This document shows positions 17,078-20,000 of a stretch of DNA of 20,000 nt, one piece after another. The stretch comes from an uncultured virus (IMG/VR IMGVR_UViG_3300025653_000029). Taxonomy: Duplodnaviria > Heunggongvirae > Uroviricota > Caudoviricetes. The DNA lies in IMG/VR virus record IMGVR_UViG_3300025653_000029. The stretch is one strand, 5' to 3'. The position numbers were made by a program, and so were the translations under genes. Positions within the stretch are counted from its first letter, which is position 1, and each line of letters begins with the position of its first letter. The notes beneath the pieces are model-generated. The model made no database searches. It was not told where the DNA came from and worked only from the letters and a program-made list of their open reading frames with translations.

Positions 17078-17209
17078 TCACCCACACCACCTACATCGCA
17101 CATCAAAAAGGTATTTAGTTTCTGTCAGAGTTACAATATCTCCACACTCTTGGCAAAGGTATTTATATTGCACTAGAGGCTTGATAGGGGCTTGATCAAT
17201 GTGTTTCAC
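17078..17209 (-). CDS. 43-aa Zn-ribbon protein (..YKYLCQECG..VRCRWCG)
   Basis: GTGA-coupled to a 36-codon ORF at 17206-17316, itself coupled to the upstream gene. Confidence 0.6.
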   Translation of the reverse strand: MKHIDQAPIKPLVQYKYLCQECGDIVTLTETKYLFDVRCRWCG

Positions 17210-17312
17210 TTTACTACCCCCGCCTTTATTCTTTCTACTACCTCTGATCCATGTTCGATTTGCATGGTAGTCAAAATGTAATTGTAGTCTGATTTAGATA
17301 TGGTAAGTGTTA

Positions 17313-17861
17313 TCACTCTGCACTCCCTCGCTTTACAATCCAGATCAAAGCCTGAGCAGTACGAGGACTAAGACCATGTTCATTAGCCACAGAGGTAACA
17401 GCGTCAGACAGAGTATTATATAGGCCCTTGGAGGGTGAGTCGGTCGGAGCATTAGCAGCCCTGCACATCCAAACGTCAATAACGACAGCGTTAGTGTCGC
17501 CAGCGATAGCCCTAGCGAATGCATTAGTCTTTTGTCCTTTCAGAGCATCGAAACCTTGTTCCAATGCAGCATTAGCCATTTTCAGATTATTTGATAGACC
17601 CGCGACAGGCTTGCCATTAGCAAACGCATATGCTTTAGCAACGTTAGATGCCCAACGCTCACGGGGAGAGAATGCACTAACAATAGATGCACCAACCTCA
17701 AGTGAGGTTCCAAGAATCTCAGCAACGTCCTCGGCAACCTCTTGTGCCTCAAAGTACCACACAGATGCCTGCTCAACTTGTGCGAGGGTAGCCTGTAGAA
17801 TGCAGTTGTTATACAGGTACTCGGCGGTAGTTATTTCCATGGGATGAATAATTGTGTTCAT
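17313..17861 (-). CDS. HhH-GPD DNA-glycosylase-like phage protein
   Basis: WY, SAFSPRERW..N, G.KT.AF, VVIDVWMCRA (cf. the VDVW motif of HhH-GPD enzymes), AQALIW; leaderless after TTGACA-N17-TAGGTT. Confidence 0.6.
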   Translation of the reverse strand: MNTIIHPMEITTAEYLYNNCILQATLAQVEQASVWYFEAQEVAEDVAEILGTSLEVGASIVSAFSPRERWASNVAKAYAFANGKPVAGLSNNLKMANAALEQGFDALKGQKTNAFARAIAGDTNAVVIDVWMCRAANAPTDSPSKGLYNTLSDAVTSVANEHGLSPRTAQALIWIVKRGSAE

Positions 17862-17878
17862 GAGAGAAACCTATCAAA

Positions 17879-18016
17879 CTAGTCGGAGAATGTCAAGGAC
17901 TTATGCTTATTTTTTCTAGAATACTTTTTCTTATTCTTGTGAGGCTGGGCAGCATTAGAACGACGAATGTCCATGACCCTACGCTGATGACCGTTGCTAC
18001 GGCGTGATGTTTTCAT
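17879..18016 (-). CDS. 45-aa highly basic protein (MKTSRRSNGHQRRVMDIRRSNAAQPHKNKKKYSRKNKHKSLTFSD)
   Basis: Leaderless ATG 6 nt after TAAGTT of TTGATT-N17-TAAGTT; missed by ORF track. Confidence 0.7.
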   Translation of the reverse strand: MKTSRRSNGHQRRVMDIRRSNAAQPHKNKKKYSRKNKHKSLTFSD

Positions 18017-18036
18017 GAGATAAACTTAGCAGATAT

Positions 18037-18089
18037 TTCCAGGGAAATCAAGGGGTCTTCGTAACGATATGATAACGGCGGGGCGCGGC
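18037..18089 (+). repeat. CCAGG-N15-TCGTAA-CGCG-box element (copy 6)
   Basis: CCAGG 18039, TCGTAA 18059, GGGGCGCG 18080-87. Confidence 0.9.
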
Positions 18090-18145
18090 AGCAACCATTC
18101 TGTTACATACCTGTTACCATTTTGTTATTAAATAACCCTATACAA

Positions 18146-18167
18146 TGTCAGATGGGTATGGTAAGGT
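18146..18167 (+). promoter_or_regulatory. TGTCAG-N10-TAAGGT promoter (PafBC/RecA-NDp-like)
   Basis: Exact spacing, extended -10 TGn, upstream of AAGGAG RBS. Confidence 0.75.
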
Positions 18168-18199
18168 CAAGCCACGGAAATAGAAAAAGGAGAGCAAAA

Positions 18200-18397
18200 A
18201 TGTCAACTAAGTTTGATATTGATGTGCAATTGACAGGCACAGATGGAAATGCTTTTGCCCTCATGGGCAAGGTGTCAAAGGGTATCCTTGATGCTGGTGG
18301 CAGTAAGACAGATGTTGTTGCCTTCCAAGATGAGGCCATGAGTGGCGACTACAATCATTTGCTGCGTACTTGCATGGCGTGGGTGAATGTGCAATGA
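18200..18397 (+). CDS. conserved small phage protein (G.DGNAF...SGDY..LL family)
   Basis: Start MSTKFD at 18200 after AAGGAG. Confidence 0.8.
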   Translation: MSTKFDIDVQLTGTDGNAFALMGKVSKGILDAGGSKTDVVAFQDEAMSGDYNHLLRTCMAWVNVQ

Positions 18398-18603
18398 CAA
18401 TCGAACGCATTGAGGCATATGCCCTAGAGGAACAAGATCAGATCTTTGTCAATGGTTCTGTCTACCGCGTGGTTGGCATTGATCCAACAGATGAGGGATA
18501 CCGCTTCCGCTTGATTGACGAGGAAGGCGATGTGAAGTATCTCACAGTAGAGGACACAGAAAAGTTGCCCGTGGTTATTGACTTTCTCTCAGCAATAGGC
18601 TAA
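18394..18603 (+). CDS. small beta-rich hypothetical protein
   Basis: ATGA-coupled start MTIERIE. Confidence 0.75.
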   Translation: MTIERIEAYALEEQDQIFVNGSVYRVVGIDPTDEGYRFRLIDEEGDVKYLTVEDTEKLPVVIDFLSAIG

Positions 18604-18640
18604 GATAAACAAGGTACAACAACAAACGAAAGGTAACACT

Positions 18641-18778
18641 ATGACGATCACCGTTGGTTCCGAATACACCACTCGCAAGTCAGGCGTGACGGGAGTTGTG
18701 CAGGAGATTATCGAAAAGCCGTTTGGCTATGTCCTGCGTCTTGATGTGGACGGGGTAGAAAGATTTACAACCGTCTAA
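18641..18778 (+). CDS. 45-aa beta-rich protein (MTITVGSEYTTRKSGVTGVVQEI...RFTTV)
   Basis: GAAAGG RBS; clean ORF missed by track. Confidence 0.75.
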   Translation: MTITVGSEYTTRKSGVTGVVQEIIEKPFGYVLRLDVDGVERFTTV

Positions 18779-18784
18779 CTAATC

Positions 18785-18941
18785 TTGGGAATATGCAACC
18801 GTAGGTTCATGATTTCTTTATTTCCTTTCTGGTTCATGAAACTACATCGACTTGCTTTCCCAAATAGACATAGGGACAGTCTAAGTCATAGACAGCGTGA
18901 CTGTAAACCTTGACGTACATAGCAGGGTAACCATATGTCTA
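18785..18941 (+). ncRNA. putative structured ncRNA(s): long hairpin plus three-way junction
   Basis: Stems 18785-91/18857-63, 18806-12/18834-40, 18865-72/18934-41, 18876-81/18899-904, 18907-12/18923-28; no long ORF. Confidence 0.45.
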
Positions 18942-18970
18942 ATATCCTGAGCATGATATAAAACTGCTCA
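18942..18970 (+). ncRNA. small H-type pseudoknot motif (copy A)
   Basis: ATATC-CTGAGCAT-GATAT-AAAAC-TGCTCA. Confidence 0.6.
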
Positions 18971-18994
18971 ACTTCTCATGATAAAATAAAAAAT

Positions 18995-19066
18995 ATGCCT
19001 CAGGTGCTGGGCACAGACGAGCCTCCAAAACTTGTCTCGCTAGGTTCGATTCCTAGATGGGGTGCG
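18995..19066 (+). tRNA. atypical tRNA-Trp-like element (anticodon CCA)
   Basis: Canonical T-arm CTAGG-TTCGATT-CCTAG and loop CT-CCA-AA, but tiny D-arm (GTGC-TGG-GCAC), extended anticodon stem, G-U-rich acceptor. Confidence 0.55.
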
Positions 19067-19083
19067 CTATCTAAATAGCATAA

Positions 19084-19110
19084 GTCCTGAGCATGACAAA
19101 AAACTGCTCA
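19084..19110 (+). ncRNA. small H-type pseudoknot motif (copy B), followed by T7 tract
   Basis: GTC-CTGAGCAT-GAC-AAAAAAC-TGCTCA, 140 bp after copy A. Confidence 0.6.
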
Positions 19111-19126
19111 CATTTTTTTGGGAATA

Positions 19127-19180
19127 TTCCAGGGTAATTCTTAAAGGTTCGTAACAATGTGGTAACGGGGGCGCGGCCCC
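19127..19180 (+). repeat. CCAGG-N15-TCGTAA-CGCG-box element (copy 7)
   Basis: CCAGG 19129, TCGTAA 19149, GGGGCGCGGCCCC 19168-80. Confidence 0.9.
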
Positions 19181-19312
19181 TCACGGCTCGTCATAGTAGT
19201 CGTCATAGTCCATGCGAGCAGCACGGGCATAGTAGTAGTCCATGTCAGGGACGTAGTTGCAGCCAAGGCCATCGGTGTGACCGCAGCAGGGGTAGTCTTC
19301 GCATCGGGCCAT
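19181..19312 (-). CDS. 43-aa protein with RCEDYPCCG motif
   Basis: Start MARCED at 19312 after GAGG; promoter TGTCAG-N10-TATGGT at 19341-19362. Confidence 0.75.
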   Translation of the reverse strand: MARCEDYPCCGHTDGLGCNYVPDMDYYYARAARMDYDDYYDEP

Positions 19313-19362
19313 GAGGTGTCCTCTCGTTGTTGGTAGCCAAACCATACCACACCCCTCTGACA

Positions 19363-19416
19363 TTCCAGGGTTTCTTCGTAAGGTTCGTAACAAGGTCAGC
19401 TTGGGGGCGCGGCCCC
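19363..19416 (+). repeat. CCAGG-N15-TCGTAA-CGCG-box element (copy 8)
   Basis: CCAGG 19365, TCGTAA 19385 (extra copy 19376), GGGGCGCGGCCCC 19404-16. Confidence 0.9.
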
Positions 19417-19551
19417 CTAGTCCCAGCGGGACAGTTGGGCCTCAGTCCATGCGAGCATTCCAGGATCAGCATCCTCAAAGCCCACCTCAAAGTCAATGAA
19501 ATCCTCAAACTCAGGGGTATCGACGCAGATGGTGTCCTTGATCTTAGCCAT
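19417..19551 (-). CDS. 44-aa acidic protein (MAKIKDTICVDTPEFEDFIDFEVGFED...RWD)
   Basis: GAGGAG RBS; promoter TGTCAG-N10-TATGGT at 19580-19601; missed by ORF track. Confidence 0.75.
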   Translation of the reverse strand: MAKIKDTICVDTPEFEDFIDFEVGFEDADPGMLAWTEAQLSRWD

Positions 19552-19609
19552 GTGATCTCCTCAACTAGTAGGTGGTGAAACCATATCAGATGGGTCTGAC
19601 AATCGCAAA

Positions 19610-19661
19610 TTCCAGGGTGGTTTCGTAACCTTCGTAACGCAAGAGCTTCAGGCCGCGCCCC
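19610..19661 (+). repeat. CCAGG-N15-TCGTAA-CGCG-box element (copy 9)
   Basis: CCAGG 19612, TCGTAA 19632 (extra copy 19623), CGCGCCCC 19654-61. Confidence 0.9.
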
Positions 19662-19742
19662 GCCTGTGGATAACTTGTGAATATCTTCGTGACATATTCG
19701 TTATAAAACCTGTCCGATTTGTATGCATTTCCAGAGCCTGAA

Positions 19743-19764
19743 TGTCAGACCCCCATGATAGCCT
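19743..19764 (+). promoter_or_regulatory. TGTCAG-N10-TAGCCT promoter (PafBC/RecA-NDp-like)
   Basis: Exact spacing, TGn extension, followed by AGAAAGGAG RBS. Confidence 0.75.
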
Positions 19765-19789
19765 TGGGGCAAGTTAGAAAGGAGTAACG

Positions 19790-19930
19790 ATGTTTGTTTA
19801 TCTCGTTACCACGAATGACGGGTTCGTGACCCGTGTCACCACCGCTGGTGACCCTACTGATCACCCCACTTTCTGGGGCCGCGTTGCTAACGTGGAAACC
19901 CTTGGGGAGGCTGATCTCCATGCGGTCTAA
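19790..19930 (+). CDS. 46-aa hypothetical protein (MFVYLVTTNDGFVTRV...LHAV)
   Basis: AGAAAGGAG RBS, own promoter. Confidence 0.75.
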   Translation: MFVYLVTTNDGFVTRVTTAGDPTDHPTFWGRVANVETLGEADLHAV

Positions 19931-20000
19931 TCCAATGGCTCAAGCCATCGCCAACTACACCCGTGTAGTCAATGATTGTTTCGGGGGAGTGTCAGACCCC

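Noticed and set aside
18942..18970. Hammerhead or theta ribozyme identity for the pseudoknot motif
   Set aside because: CTGAGCATGA does not fit CUGAnGA with three stems and GAAA, and the element is too short for the HDV-like double pseudoknot.
4494..19578. Shadow ORFs (e.g. 4494-4685, 5461-5772, 6165-6404, 6762-7064, 13034-13438, 15271-15678, 15870-16136, 16235-16564, 17428-17847, 19245-19508, 19327-19578)
   Set aside because: Antisense or off-frame to better-supported genes or tRNAs, without RBS or motifs.
11182..19661. CRISPR array interpretation of the repeats
   Set aside because: Copies are gapped motifs at irregular kb-scale distances with genes between them; no constant repeat-spacer period and no cas genes.

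Overview
A 20-kb segment of a large tailed dsDNA phage, most likely infecting an actinobacterium. Host evidence: actinobacterial-type SSB, AGAAAGGAG ribosome-binding sites, many leaderless genes, and promoters matching the PafBC/RecA-NDp motif. The AT-rich left half (1-11150) carries accessory enzymes: FkbM methyltransferase, glycosyltransferase-like protein, M15 peptidase, a coupled APH-kinase / SAM-methyltransferase / cytochrome P450 operon, pyrimidine-dimer glycosylase, endonuclease VII, PnuC-like protein, 2OG-Fe(II) oxygenase, sulfotransferase and a proteasome-beta-like protease. The more GC-rich right half (11150-20000) looks like an early/host-takeover region of small genes, a DUF932 gene, three canonical tRNAs (Lys-UUU, the rare Ile-UAU, Asp-GUC) and an atypical Trp-like tRNA. 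The most striking signals are non-coding: (i) nine co-oriented copies of CCAGG-N15-TCGTAA-N15..20-CGCG box at transcription-unit boundaries; (ii) six promoters with exact TGTCAG-N10-TAnnnT spacing; (iii) three copies of a covarying small H-type pseudoknot next to tRNAs; (iv) a 325-nt structured RNA cluster; (v) GlnR/MtrA-like and DnaA-box sites. Product calls come from motif recognition by eye; no database search was run.
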